Source: an uncultured delta proteobacterium (GTDB lineage Bacteria; Desulfobacterota; Binatia; Binatales; Binataceae). From it: a stretch of DNA of 64,000 bases. The translations under genes were made by a program, and so were the position numbers. Each line of letters starts with the position of its first letter. Position 1 is the first letter of the stretch. Shown one piece after another: positions 37,445 to 47,640 of the stretch. The notes below the pieces were generated by a model. That model did no database searches. It had not been told where the DNA came from and was given only the letters and a program-made list of their open reading frames with translations. The stretch is taken from NCBI GenBank assembly GCA_963724765.1, contig CAVRVY010000003.1, positions 1,440,001-1,504,000 of the forward strand. Reading direction: 5' to 3'.

Positions 37445-40400
37445 ATGAGCGAAGCGGTAAAGGCGAACAACGGTGCGCCCCGAGAGATCGCCGATCAACG
37501 CGTGCGCGAGCGCATCCGCAACGACCTCGACACCACGCTCATCGTCGAAGCCGCGGCCGGCACCGGCAAGACCACTGCGCTGGTCAACCGGATCGTCGCG
37601 GCGCTGGCGCTCGGACGCGCCGAGCTCGGCCGAATCGTCGCGGTGACCTTCACCGAGAAGGCCGCCGGTGAGCTCAAGCTTCGGCTGCGCGCCGAAATCG
37701 AGCGAGCGCGCAGCGACTCCGCGCGCGATCCCGATGAGCGCGCGCGGCTTTCGGGCGCGCTGGGCCAGCTCGAGGAGGCGCGTATCGGTACGATCCATTC
37801 CTTCTGCGCCGACCTTCTGCGCGAGCGCCCGGTCGAGGCGGGCGTCGATCCGATGTTCGAAGTCGCGGCCGAGGATGTGGCCGGGGAATTGTTCGACAAC
37901 GCTTTCGATCGCTGGTTCGAGCAGGCGCTCGCCGCGCCCGCTGAGGGTCTGCGCCGCCTCCTGCGCCGGCGCGAGGGATTCGACCGCGAAGGTCCGCGCC
38001 CGATCATCCGCGCCGCGGCGTGGGAGCTTTTACAGTGGCGCGACTTCGATGCGCCGTGGCGCCATCAGGCGTTCGATCGCGATCCCGAAATCGACGCGCT
38101 GGTCGAGGAGATTCGCGCGCTCGGCGCGCTCACCGGGCACGTCGATGCGGATGACTGGCTCGGCAAGGCGCTCGACGAGATCGCCGGCCCGATCGACGAG
38201 GCGACGCGCCTGGAGACCGTGCGCGGGCGCGACTACGACGCGCTCGAGGCCGCGCTGCTCGCGCTGCTGCGCGGCTACGACGGACGCTGGCGATGGAAGG
38301 GATGGGGCGAGCATTTCGGAGCGCTCCCGCGCGCCGAGGTGATGGGGCGGCGCGACGCGCTGCGCGCGCGGCTCGCGCGCTTTCGCGACGCCGCCGGCGC
38401 CAACCTCGCGCCGCTTTTGCGCGAGGAGTTGTGGCCGATCGTCGGTTACTACGAGGAGGCCAAGAAGCGCGCCGGCGTGCTCGACTTCATCGACCTGCTG
38501 CTGGTCGCCCGCGATCTGGTGCGCGACCGCGCCGTCGTGCGCGCCGAATTGCAGCGGCGCATCAGCCACATCTTCGTCGACGAGTTCCAGGATACCGATC
38601 CGCTGCAGGCGGAAATCCTGCTGCTGCTCGCGGCCGCCGATCCGGCCGAGTCCGACTGGCATCGCACGCGCCCGCTGTCCGGCAAACTGTTCATCGTGGG
38701 CGATCCCAAGCAATCGATCTATCGCTTCCGCCGCGCCGACGTCGCGCTCTACCAAGACGTCAAGCGCCACTTGCTCCAGTGCGGCGCCGAGCTGGAGCAT
38801 CTCACGGTCAGCTTTCGCGCGACGCCCGAACTGCAGCGCGCGGTCAACGCCGCCTTCGCGCCGCTGATGCCGTCGGAGTCCCCGACCCAGCCCGCTTACT
38901 CGCCGCTGATGCCGTTTCGCGCGGACTGCCCCACGCAGCCGTCGATCGTCGTGTTGCCGGTGCCCTCGCCCTACAGCGAGCGCGGTTACGTCACCAAGCG
39001 CCAGGTCGACGAATCGACGCCCGACGCGGCCGGCGCGCTGGTGCGATGGCTGGTCGAGGAGAGCGGATGGTCGGTGACCACGCGGGAGCGGCCCGAACTG
39101 CGGGTCGCGATCGAGCCGCGCCATATCTGCATGCTCTTTCGGCGCTTCAGCACTTATGGCCGCGACATCACGCGGCCCTACGTGCGCGCGCTGGAAGCGC
39201 GCCATATCGCGCACGTCCTGGTCAAGGGCGGGTCGTTCAACGAACGCGAAGAGGTCGAGGCGCTGCGCAACGCGCTGGGCGCGATCGAGCGGCCCGACGA
39301 CGAGCTGGCGGTCTTTGCGACGCTGCGCGGACCGCTGTTCGCGCTCGACGACGGCGCGCTGCTGCGCTTTCGCGCGGCGGCCGGCTCGCTGCATCCTTTT
39401 CGCAAGCTGCCGGCCGATTTGCCCGCCGAGCTTCAGGAGATTGCGGCAGCGCTCGGCGTGCTGCGCGAGCTCAGCCGCGGACGCAACCGCCGGCCGATCG
39501 CCGAGACTATCGCGTGCCTGCTCGCCGCGGTGCGCGCCCATGCGGCGATCGCGATCTGGCCCACCGGCGAGCAGGCGCTCGCCAACGTGATGCGCCTGAT
39601 GGATCTCGCGCGGCGTTACGAGGGGCGGCGCGCCGTGCGCTCGTTTCGCGGCTTCGTCGACGAGTTGGAGGCGCGCGCCGAGCGCGAGGAGAGCGGCGAC
39701 GCGCCGGTGGTGGAGGAGGGCGCCGAGGGCGTGCGCATCATGACCGTGCATCGCGCCAAGGGCCTGGAGTTCCCGATCGTGCTGCTCGCCGATCTGACCT
39801 GCAATGAAACCGCCGGCGACGCCCATCGATGGGTCGACCCGGCAAGCGGGCTCTGCGCGTTGCGGCTCGCCGGACATGCGCCGCGCGAACTTCTGGACCA
39901 CGCCGAGGAGGAGACGCGCCGCGACCGCGAAGAGGCGATGCGTCTGCTATATGTCGGCGCGACCCGCGCGCGCGATCTGCTGATCGTACCCGCGGTCGGC
40001 AGCGCGGCGCACGACGGATGGCTGGCGCGGCTCAACCCCGTGATCTATCCCGCGCCCAAGGATTGGCGCGCGCCGCTCGAGCCCGCGCCGCTCGGATGTC
40101 CAGTCTTCGGCGACGACAGCGTCGTCGTGCGTCCGCCCAAGGCTCCACCAAAGTCGCGCGCCGTCGCGCCGGGACTCCATCGCGCACAGGCCGGCGATCA
40201 TCATGTCGTGTGGTGGGATCCCGCCAGGCTCAGGCTCGATGCACGCGAGACGATGGGCCTGCGGCAGCATCGGCTGTTGACGGCCGACAAGGATGAGCGC
40301 GCGGCGTCGCAAGGCGCGCACGAATACGAACAATGGAAGACCCGTCGCGGCGCCGTGCTGGCGGCCGGCGCGACGGAAACTTACAAGATCGTTACCGCGA

Positions 40401-40993
40401 CCGAGCTTGCCGCGCGGATGGTCGAGCGCGGCGAACGTCCCGGATGGCTCGGCGAACCGGATCAGATCGGGATCGAACGCGTCGCCCGGGCGGCGGCGCG
40501 CCCGCATGGCGTCCGCTTCGGGACGCTGGTCCATGCGATCCTCTCGCGGGTCGCGCTGGATGCGGACGCGGCGGCGATTGCGGAGGCAGCGCGATTCTTT
40601 GCCCGGATGCTCGGCGCGGATGATGAGGAGGTCACGGCCGCGTGCGAGGCCGCGACGGGCGCATTGCGCGCTCCATTGATGAAGGCCGCGGCTGCAGCCG
40701 GCCTGGGGCTGCGGCGCGAATGCGCGCTGGTACTGAAACTCCAAGACGGCGCCACCGGCGACGGAACCACGCACGAAGGCGCTACGATCGAAGGCCTCAC
40801 GGTCGAAGGTGTGGTGGACCTGGCCTTCCCCGAGCACGTCGCGGGCGCCGAGCGATGGGTCGTGGTCGACTTCAAGACCGACGCCGATATCGCAGGCCGG
40901 CTGGACGAATATCGCTTACAACTGCTGCTCTACCTGCACGCGATAAGCCAGAGCACGGGCGCTCCCGCACGCGGCGTCCTGATGTGTGTTTGA
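37445..40993 (+). CDS. addA: AddA-like UvrD helicase with C-terminal PD-(D/E)xK nuclease
   Basis: EAAAGTGKT, TFTEKAAGE, TIHSF, VDEFQD, VGDPKQSIYRFR, MTVHRAKGLEF, YVGATRA, GVVDL..VDFKT. Confidence 0.93.
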   Translation: MSEAVKANNGAPREIADQRVRERIRNDLDTTLIVEAAAGTGKTTALVNRIVAALALGRAELGRIVAVTFTEKAAGELKLRLRAEIERARSDSARDPDERARLSGALGQLEEARIGTIHSFCADLLRERPVEAGVDPMFEVAAEDVAGELFDNAFDRWFEQALAAPAEGLRRLLRRREGFDREGPRPIIRAAAWELLQWRDFDAPWRHQAFDRDPEIDALVEEIRALGALTGHVDADDWLGKALDEIAGPIDEATRLETVRGRDYDALEAALLALLRGYDGRWRWKGWGEHFGALPRAEVMGRRDALRARLARFRDAAGANLAPLLREELWPIVGYYEEAKKRAGVLDFIDLLLVARDLVRDRAVVRAELQRRISHIFVDEFQDTDPLQAEILLLLAAADPAESDWHRTRPLSGKLFIVGDPKQSIYRFRRADVALYQDVKRHLLQCGAELEHLTVSFRATPELQRAVNAAFAPLMPSESPTQPAYSPLMPFRADCPTQPSIVVLPVPSPYSERGYVTKRQVDESTPDAAGALVRWLVEESGWSVTTRERPELRVAIEPRHICMLFRRFSTYGRDITRPYVRALEARHIAHVLVKGGSFNEREEVEALRNALGAIERPDDELAVFATLRGPLFALDDGALLRFRAAAGSLHPFRKLPADLPAELQEIAAALGVLRELSRGRNRRPIAETIACLLAAVRAHAAIAIWPTGEQALANVMRLMDLARRYEGRRAVRSFRGFVDELEARAEREESGDAPVVEEGAEGVRIMTVHRAKGLEFPIVLLADLTCNETAGDAHRWVDPASGLCALRLAGHAPRELLDHAEEETRRDREEAMRLLYVGATRARDLLIVPAVGSAAHDGWLARLNPVIYPAPKDWRAPLEPAPLGCPVFGDDSVVVRPPKAPPKSRAVAPGLHRAQAGDHHVVWWDPARLRLDARETMGLRQHRLLTADKDERAASQGAHEYEQWKTRRGAVLAAGATETYKIVTATELAARMVERGERPGWLGEPDQIGIERVARAAARPHGVRFGTLVHAILSRVALDADAAAIAEAARFFARMLGADDEEVTAACEAATGALRAPLMKAAAAAGLGLRRECALVLKLQDGATGDGTTHEGATIEGLTVEGVVDLAFPEHVAGAERWVVVDFKTDADIAGRLDEYRLQLLLYLHAISQSTGAPARGVLMCV

Positions 40994-41041
40994 AGGTATG
41001 TTTTAACGGTCTCGGGTCTTCGCTACGATTGGCCGGTACAG

Positions 41042-41956
41042 ATGAGCAATCAGCGCAATGATACTTTGCTGGTGATCGGCTACGGTTCGTTGCTGAGCGG
41101 CTATGGATTGCTGGCCGAACGGCGTGGTGGCGGCAGCAAGCTGGTTGCGCGCGACGCGTTCGCGGTCAGGCTTGCCAACGCGCGCCGCGGCTTCGCCAAG
41201 CCTTCCACTCACGGGCATTACCTTGCGATGGACCTCGAGCCGGTGCGGCGCGGCGAACCGATCATGGCGCGCGCGGGCCTCGATGGCGACGAAGGGATCG
41301 GCGCGGTGGGGCTGGTGTTCGACCGCGAATGGGCGTCGCTGATCGCACGGCGCGAGGAGTACGACTCGGCGAAGTTCCTCGAGCTCCTCGCGCTCGCTGA
41401 TGCCGCGGGCGCAGGCCTGGGAGAGTTCCTGCTCGAGATCGCGCGGCGCACGGACTTCGACCTGCTCGCCTATCGCATCGAGTTGCGCGGGCTGCTCGAT
41501 TACACCTCGCCAGGTTACATCTTTCATCCCGTGCCGCTGACAGACGGCCGCGTCGCGATCGCCGCGATCGGTTCGGGCTACGAGGGCAGCGGCGATCCGG
41601 CCGTGCGCTCCAGGCGCAACGAGTTGGGGATGGACCGGCTGCTCTCGATGCGCGAGACGATGGAGGTGCGGAGTTTCGAGCTCGATCGCGCGGGCCAGGC
41701 CGGCTATTTCGCCGAGTGCGTATTGGGTGGGATGCACGGCCTGGCGGTGGAAGATCTGATGACGGACCTCGATCTCGCGACCGACTGGGGGGGCGAACTG
41801 ATCCGCCGTTTTATGCTGGCCGCGCCCGGCGAGCTCGAGCGCTTCATGCGGGCCTCCTCGCTCGACGCCGCGCGCTATCGCGCGCAGTTCACCGGCGTTG
41901 CTCACGAATGTCTCGCCCCTCTGAACGCGCCGGCGGAAAATCACAAGTCGGAGTAA
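41042..41956 (+). CDS. Hypothetical protein with gamma-glutamylcyclotransferase-like N-terminus
   Basis: VIGYGSLLS, RRGF, RREEYD resemble GGCT/ChaC motifs. Confidence 0.6.
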   Translation: MSNQRNDTLLVIGYGSLLSGYGLLAERRGGGSKLVARDAFAVRLANARRGFAKPSTHGHYLAMDLEPVRRGEPIMARAGLDGDEGIGAVGLVFDREWASLIARREEYDSAKFLELLALADAAGAGLGEFLLEIARRTDFDLLAYRIELRGLLDYTSPGYIFHPVPLTDGRVAIAAIGSGYEGSGDPAVRSRRNELGMDRLLSMRETMEVRSFELDRAGQAGYFAECVLGGMHGLAVEDLMTDLDLATDWGGELIRRFMLAAPGELERFMRASSLDAARYRAQFTGVAHECLAPLNAPAENHKSE

Positions 41957-41960
41957 GCGC

Positions 41961-42461
41961 GTGTCATCCGGATTTTCGATTTACGTTGCCAAGGAGAATC
42001 TGAAATTCTCGGCCGCGCATTTTATCGCCTATCCCGGCTTCCGCGAACCGCTGCACGGGCACAACTACCAGGTCGGCGTGCGCGTCGAAGGACGGTTGTC
42101 GCCGACCGGCTATGTGCTCGACTTCGGCCTGATCAAGCGGCTCACCAGGGAGATCGTCGACCGGCTCGACGAGCGCACGCTGGTGCCGGCCGAGAGCGAC
42201 TGTCTACAGATCGAACATCTGGATAACGGGCAATTGAGGATTTGCTACGGCGCGGATGAATTCCGGCTGCCCGCGAGCGACGCCTGTATTTTGCCGATCG
42301 CGCATAGCTCGGCGGAGGAACTCGCGCGCTTCATCTGGAAGAAACTGTGCGAGGCGTTGCACGCCCAGCAGGCGCTCCAGGGGATAATGTCAATCGAAAT
42401 CTCGGTGGCAGAAGGGCCTGGGCAGGCGGCGATTTACCGCGCCCTGGTGGACGGAGGGTAA
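41961..42461 (+). CDS. 6-pyruvoyl-tetrahydropterin synthase family protein (PTPS-III-type motif)
   Basis: FSAAHF, EPLHGHNY, VLDF, SAEELA, VAE; GTG start. Confidence 0.9.
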   Translation: MSSGFSIYVAKENLKFSAAHFIAYPGFREPLHGHNYQVGVRVEGRLSPTGYVLDFGLIKRLTREIVDRLDERTLVPAESDCLQIEHLDNGQLRICYGADEFRLPASDACILPIAHSSAEELARFIWKKLCEALHAQQALQGIMSIEISVAEGPGQAAIYRALVDGG

Positions 42462-42641
42462 AATTTTGGCGCTCGTCTGTGACGCGCTAAATGTTCCTGA
42501 GGACAGTATTGATACTCAGAACCGCGTCTCATATCTCAAGGCCGGGGTACTGTTAGCGTAGCGGTCATTCACTCTCGCTTGTTGGCTATCGTCCTGCGTG
42601 GCACAATCTGAGACTATTTCACTGTTTCACAAGGCCACAGA

Positions 42642-43703
42642 ATGTCATTGGGGGACCGGCAAGTAGTGATCGCGCCCGAGACCAAGACTGATGCCAGTCC
42701 GCGGCCGCCCGCCGAACGCAGTCTCGTCGGCGAACACACCACGATAGTCAAGCTCCGGGCACTGGTCGATCGCGTTGCCGCCACCGATGCGACCGTGCTT
42801 ATCACGGGCGAGAGCGGCACCGGCAAGGAGGTCGTCGCGAGGACGATTCATACCTTGTCGGCGCGGCGCACCCGCGCCTTCGTACCGGTCAACTGCGCGG
42901 CGATTCCACATGAGTTGCTGGAATCCGAGATGTTCGGCCACGAGCGCGGCGCTTTCACGGGCGCCGCGGGGCCGCGCCACGGGCTGTTCAGCACGGCCGA
43001 CGGCGGGACGATCTTCCTCGACGAGATCGGCGAGATGCCGCTGCAACTTCAGGCCAAGCTGCTGCGCGTGTTGGAGGACGGGATCGTCAGGCCGGTGGGC
43101 TCGGACCGCGCGAGCAAGATCGACGCCCGCGTGGTCGCGGCGAGCAATTCCGACCTGGTCGCCGGCGTCAAGAAGGGCAGCTTCCGCGAGGATCTCTTCT
43201 ACCGTTTGCAGGTGGTGCCGATCGCGATCGCGCCGCTGCGCGAGCGCCGCTCCGATATCCCGCTGCTGGTCGACTATTTTCTCTCGCGTCTGCACGCCCG
43301 TCTTACCGGCCGCCACTGGACGGTCTCGCAGGCGGCGATGGTCAGTCTGTGGTCGTATGACTGGCCGGGCAATGTGCGCGAGCTCGAGAACATGATCGAG
43401 CGGCTGGTGATTATGTGCGAGGGTGAGGTGATCGACGCCGAGCTGCTGCCGCCCGGCATGGTGGCCACCACGCGGGCTTCGGAAAATCATGTGCCCGCGA
43501 CGCTGGCCGAGGGCGGGGTAAATCTCAACGCGATAGTGCGCGAGCTCGAGGGCCGCATGATCAACGAGGCCCTGCGCCAGACCGGCGGCAACAAGCAGGC
43601 GGCGGCGCGCCTGCTGGGGCTCAAGCGGACGACCTTTTCAGCCAAGCTGCGGCGCTGTGGCGTGATTGCGCCGGGGGGTGCGGGCTGGAACGACGAATCG
43701 TGA
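42642..43703 (+). CDS. Sigma54-dependent activator (AAA+ + Fis HTH) lacking an N-terminal sensory domain
   Basis: [55 protein letters not shown]. Confidence 0.95.
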   Translation: MSLGDRQVVIAPETKTDASPRPPAERSLVGEHTTIVKLRALVDRVAATDATVLITGESGTGKEVVARTIHTLSARRTRAFVPVNCAAIPHELLESEMFGHERGAFTGAAGPRHGLFSTADGGTIFLDEIGEMPLQLQAKLLRVLEDGIVRPVGSDRASKIDARVVAASNSDLVAGVKKGSFREDLFYRLQVVPIAIAPLRERRSDIPLLVDYFLSRLHARLTGRHWTVSQAAMVSLWSYDWPGNVRELENMIERLVIMCEGEVIDAELLPPGMVATTRASENHVPATLAEGGVNLNAIVRELEGRMINEALRQTGGNKQAAARLLGLKRTTFSAKLRRCGVIAPGGAGWNDES

Positions 43704-43717
43704 GGCGATGAACGCTT

Positions 43718-44164
43718 ATGGTGGAGCAATCAGCCAGGCTGCCTCAGATCATGGTGGTCGACGATGATGCCGACACGGTATCGATCCTCGCGCGCCATCT
43801 GCAGCGCGAGGGCTTCGTCGCGATCGAGGCCGTCTCCGGCGCCGAGTGTATCAGGCTCGCGCGCGAAAACCCTGTTGACGTGATTCTGCTCGACCTGATG
43901 ATGCCCGAGATGGACGGCTTCCAGGTCTGCCGCAAGCTCAAGGAAGACCCGTCGACCGCCGAAATTCCGGTCATCATGATCACCGCGCGCGACGACCTCG
44001 ACGCGCGCGCCGAGGGGATGCGCCTGGGGGTGAGCGATTTTCTTGCCAAGCCGGTGTTCCGCCGCCAGCTCGCCACCCGCATCCGCGCCCAGCTCGACAT
44101 GGCGGCGACCGCGCGCGCCAACGAAGCGGCGCTCCATCAGCTCCAGGGCAACTCCAAGAAGTAG
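43718..44164 (+). CDS. Single-domain response regulator
   Basis: MVVDDD, LLDLMMPEMDGF, MITA, DFLAKP. Confidence 0.93.
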   Translation: MVEQSARLPQIMVVDDDADTVSILARHLQREGFVAIEAVSGAECIRLARENPVDVILLDLMMPEMDGFQVCRKLKEDPSTAEIPVIMITARDDLDARAEGMRLGVSDFLAKPVFRRQLATRIRAQLDMAATARANEAALHQLQGNSKK

Positions 44165-44343
44165 CCGGGCAGAAGTAGCCGGACCGCGCAAACGCTACCG
44201 CGCGCGCGTCTGCGAGCGGCGGTCTTGCGCGGCGAGGGCGGCGCTGCTATCGAAATGCGCTACGGGGACCGATTATTCTAAGGTGTTGCGACGTTCGCAC
44301 TGATTTGCGACCGTTCGCGAAACGGATTGGGAGGTAGAGCGAG

Positions 44344-44712
44344 ATGGACGCACAGAGCGGCGGCAGCACGCCGCAAAATCAGGTGGTCGCGGCACTCGCT
44401 TACCTGTTGGGGCTGGTGACGGGAATTATTTTTCTTTACCTCGAGCCGTACGACAAGGACGAGTTCGTGCGTTTCCATGCGCGCCAGTCGATTGCGTTCT
44501 CGATCGCCTGGTTCGTGATCAACATCGTGCTGGGCGTGTTCATCGCGGTGCTGCCTTTCGGGCTGGGCCGGCTGCTCGCCGGAATTCAGGAACTGATCAA
44601 CCTGGCAATGGCGATCATGTGGATCTTCCTGATGTACAAGGCCTATAGCGGCGAGCGCTATCGTATCCCGGAATTGGCCGATCTCGCCGACAGTTTCTCC
44701 AGGCGGCCGTAG
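44344..44712 (+). CDS. DUF4870/Tic20-like small membrane protein
   Basis: ALAYLLG..IIFL, FVRFHARQS, MYKAYSGERYRIP. Confidence 0.88.
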   Translation: MDAQSGGSTPQNQVVAALAYLLGLVTGIIFLYLEPYDKDEFVRFHARQSIAFSIAWFVINIVLGVFIAVLPFGLGRLLAGIQELINLAMAIMWIFLMYKAYSGERYRIPELADLADSFSRRP

Positions 44713-44787
44713 GCGGGCAGGTCTCGCGCCCGTCCGATCGCGTCGCAGCTGGCGCGGCGCGCTGGTACATTCAGGCTACGCTTACGC

Positions 44788-46050
44788 TCAAATCCACGCG
44801 TGTCGCGGCGGCCTGACGTTGTTCAGGTAGTAGTTGCCGACGGCATGGTATTTCCAGCGCACCGGATCATGCAGCGTGTGGGTGCGGGCGTTGCGCCAGT
44901 GGCGGTCCAGATTGTGGACTCCCAGCGTCGAGCGCCTTCCCGCCAGCTCAAACAGCCGATTGGTCGCCAGGATCGCTATCTCGGTGGTCAGCGCCTTGGC
45001 CTCGGCCACTGCGATCGAAGCCGCGGCGACGCTATCCTCGTTGGGCCGCGCGATTGCGGCGTCGACGAAGCGCCCGGCGCGCTCGAGTATGGCCTCGGCG
45101 GCATGCAGGCGGATTTGCAGATCGCCGACCAGAGCTATGGCATGCACGTCCTCATAGCCGTGCTCCTGTCCACTGTCGATCCATGGACGCGTGTGATTGC
45201 GCACGAAGTGAATCGTATCGGCGATCGCGGCCTTTGCGATTCCGGCGTCGACGGCGGCCTGGATGATCTGGCATACCGGGCCGTTCGCGGTCGGCTGGTC
45301 GTAGGCGCGATGCGCCGGCACGACGTGACTTGCGGGCACCACGACGTTCTCCAGCAGCACGGTGCCGCTCGCGGTGGTGCGCTGGCCGAAACTTGACCAG
45401 TCATCGATGATCGTCAATCCTGGCGCGCCGCGCTCGACTATCGCCAGGAACAGCTTGCCGGTTTCGTCCACCGCCGCTACCGGCACCAGGTGCGCCAGCA
45501 GCGCGCCGCTGCAATAGAACTTGCGCCCGTTGAGCACAGAGCCGTCCGCGCCGTGGGCGATACGGGTCTGAAAATCGCCCGCGGTCTTGCTGCCGGATTC
45601 CGCAAACGCGTTGCCGAAACGGACGCCGCGCAACGCCTCGCCAAAGAACAAGCGCTTCTGCTCTTCGTCGGCGCTTAGCCGGATGATATCGAGCACAGCG
45701 AGATGATTTTGTGGAATCTGGCCGATCGACGGGTCGGCGGCCGAGATGATTTTGATCACCTCGGCGACCGTGACGTAAGAGACCTCGGCTCCGCCGTACG
45801 CCCTTGGCACGTTGATTCCCCAAAGGCCGCTTTGGGAAAACTCGTCCAGCTCCTTTAGCGGCAGGCGGCGCTCGCGATCGCGATCCGACGCCTCACTGGC
45901 GAAGCCTTCGGCCAGGCGATGCGCGATGCGGATAGCCTCGGCGTCGTCGCGGATGACATGAGCCGCAACCTCGGGCCGCGGCGGCGCAAACGTGCGCGCC
46001 TGCGCCTGGCCATTAGCTGAAGGATGGGACAACAACTGCGATGCGCTCAC
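44788..46050 (-). CDS. SfnB/DszC-like sulfur-acquisition flavin monooxygenase (acyl-CoA dehydrogenase fold)
   Basis: ADPSIGQIPQNH, GRKFYCSGA, DDWSSFGQRTTASG, DRHWRNARTHTLHDPVRWK. Confidence 0.93.
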   Translation of the reverse strand: MSASQLLSHPSANGQAQARTFAPPRPEVAAHVIRDDAEAIRIAHRLAEGFASEASDRDRERRLPLKELDEFSQSGLWGINVPRAYGGAEVSYVTVAEVIKIISAADPSIGQIPQNHLAVLDIIRLSADEEQKRLFFGEALRGVRFGNAFAESGSKTAGDFQTRIAHGADGSVLNGRKFYCSGALLAHLVPVAAVDETGKLFLAIVERGAPGLTIIDDWSSFGQRTTASGTVLLENVVVPASHVVPAHRAYDQPTANGPVCQIIQAAVDAGIAKAAIADTIHFVRNHTRPWIDSGQEHGYEDVHAIALVGDLQIRLHAAEAILERAGRFVDAAIARPNEDSVAAASIAVAEAKALTTEIAILATNRLFELAGRRSTLGVHNLDRHWRNARTHTLHDPVRWKYHAVGNYYLNNVRPPRHAWI

Positions 46051-47498
46051 GATAACCTCCCGAGGGCTTGCCCGAGATTTTGCCCCAGATTTTGACTATC
46101 GCCGACAATCGGCGCCGGCGCGGCGGCATCGCTGCGATGACGATAGACGTTCGCCGGATGGCTTTCCGGCAGCCGCGCGCGTCCGGGCCCATAGAGCTTT
46201 TCGCGCAGCGTGCCGTCGCGATACTCGCGCTTGTAGACCCCGCGCCGCTGCAGTTCCGGCACCACCAGGTCGACGAAATCGGTAAAGCTCTCCGGCGTCA
46301 CCGCATAGCAGAGGTTGAAGCCGTCGATGTCGGTCGCTTCGACCCAGGCCTCGAGTTCATCGGCTATCTGTTCGGGCGATCCGACGAGAATGGGGCCCAT
46401 CCCGCCGATGCCGACGAATTCGGCGATCTCGCGCACGGTCCAGGTCCGGTTAGGATCGGCGAGCGTGAAGGCCTCGACCGCCGAGTTGATCGCGTCGTTT
46501 TTGAGGTAACGAATCGGATCGTCGAGCGAGTAGCGCGAGAAATCGATCCCGGTCCATCCCGAGACCAGTGTCAGCGCGCCGGCGTGGCTGATATGACTGC
46601 GGTAGTCGTCGAATTTGGCCTTCGCCTCGGCCTCGGTGCGTCCGACGATCACGGTCATCAGGGTGAAGATCAGGATTTCCGCCGGATTGCGGCCGTAGCG
46701 CGCAGCGCGCTGGCGAATGTCCGCGACGCGCGGCGCGACCACTTGCTTTGACGGCCCCAGCAGGAACACGCACTCGGCGTGCCGCGCGGCGAACTCGCAT
46801 CCGCGATTCGAGGCGCCCGCCTGATACAGCACCGGAGTGCGTTGCGGCGAAGGCTCGCACAGATGAATCGCGTCGACGCGATAGTTCTCGCCCTCATGGT
46901 GAATCTTATGGACCTTCTCGGGCCGTGCGAAGATGCGGTTGTGGCGGTCGCGCACCACTGCGTCGTCCTCCCAACTTCCCTCCCACAGCTTGTAGACGAC
47001 TTCCATGTATTCGTCGGCGATGTCGTAGCGGTGGTCGTGGGCGTTCTGCGCATCCATCCCGACCCCCTTCGCCGCGCTGTTGAGGTAGCCGGTCACGATG
47101 TTCCATCCAATCCGCCCGCGCGTCAGATGATCCAGCGTCGACATCCGGCGCGCGAAAGGATAGGGCGGTTCGAACGAGAGCGTGCAGGTCACGCCGAATC
47201 CGAGATGCCTGGTGACCTGCGCCATCGGCGGGATCACTAGCACGGGGTCGTTGAGCGGCACCTGGATGCCCTGGCTGAGCGCGGTGTCGACGTTGCCGCC
47301 ATAAACGTCGTAAACCCCGAGCACGTCGGCGATGAACAGGCCGTCGAAGCGTCCGCGCTCCAGGATTTGCGCGAGCTCAGTCCAGTATTCCAGGCTGGTG
47401 TAGTCCACGGCCCGATCGCGTGGATGAGTCCACAGGCCGGCCGACTGATGCACGACGCAGTTCATGTCGAACGCGTTGAGACGAATTTCTTTGGTCAC
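46047..47498 (-). CDS. LLM-class FMNH2-dependent monooxygenase (NtaA/DmoA/DszA family)
   Basis: LNAFDMNC, GLWTHP, FIADVLG, STLDHLTRGRIGWNIVT, PSPQRTPVLYQAG, GTLREKL. Confidence 0.95.
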   Translation of the reverse strand: MTKEIRLNAFDMNCVVHQSAGLWTHPRDRAVDYTSLEYWTELAQILERGRFDGLFIADVLGVYDVYGGNVDTALSQGIQVPLNDPVLVIPPMAQVTRHLGFGVTCTLSFEPPYPFARRMSTLDHLTRGRIGWNIVTGYLNSAAKGVGMDAQNAHDHRYDIADEYMEVVYKLWEGSWEDDAVVRDRHNRIFARPEKVHKIHHEGENYRVDAIHLCEPSPQRTPVLYQAGASNRGCEFAARHAECVFLLGPSKQVVAPRVADIRQRAARYGRNPAEILIFTLMTVIVGRTEAEAKAKFDDYRSHISHAGALTLVSGWTGIDFSRYSLDDPIRYLKNDAINSAVEAFTLADPNRTWTVREIAEFVGIGGMGPILVGSPEQIADELEAWVEATDIDGFNLCYAVTPESFTDFVDLVVPELQRRGVYKREYRDGTLREKLYGPGRARLPESHPANVYRHRSDAAAPAPIVGDSQNLGQNLGQALGRLS

Positions 47499-47545
47499 GG
47501 TACCGTTCCCTCGAAATCCCCAAGACTTGCGAATAAAAACATGAC

Positions 47546-47595
47546 TTATCCGAGAATTTTAGTCAATTAATTAGATGAGTAAATAAGTCAGCTAT
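47546..47595. promoter_or_regulatory. Two tandem 25-bp Rrf2/IscR type-1-like operators
   Basis: Minus strand ATAGCTGACTTATTTACTCATCTAA then TTAATTGACTAAAATTCTCGGATAA; both resemble the consensus ATASYYGACTRWWWYAGTCRRSTAT; located between divergent rrf2 and LLM genes. Confidence 0.75.
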
Positions 47596-47640
47596 TTCTA
47601 GATGACCGCCGTACATGCTAAAATTCCCTAGAGGATTCGA

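Noticed and set aside
35530-39901. 646-aa and 623-aa minus-strand ORFs
   Set aside because: Antisense shadows of addB and addA.
34171-40993. Cas4-like or novel defence nuclease-helicase
   Set aside because: Architecture matches housekeeping AddAB; no CRISPR repeats or cas genes in the window.
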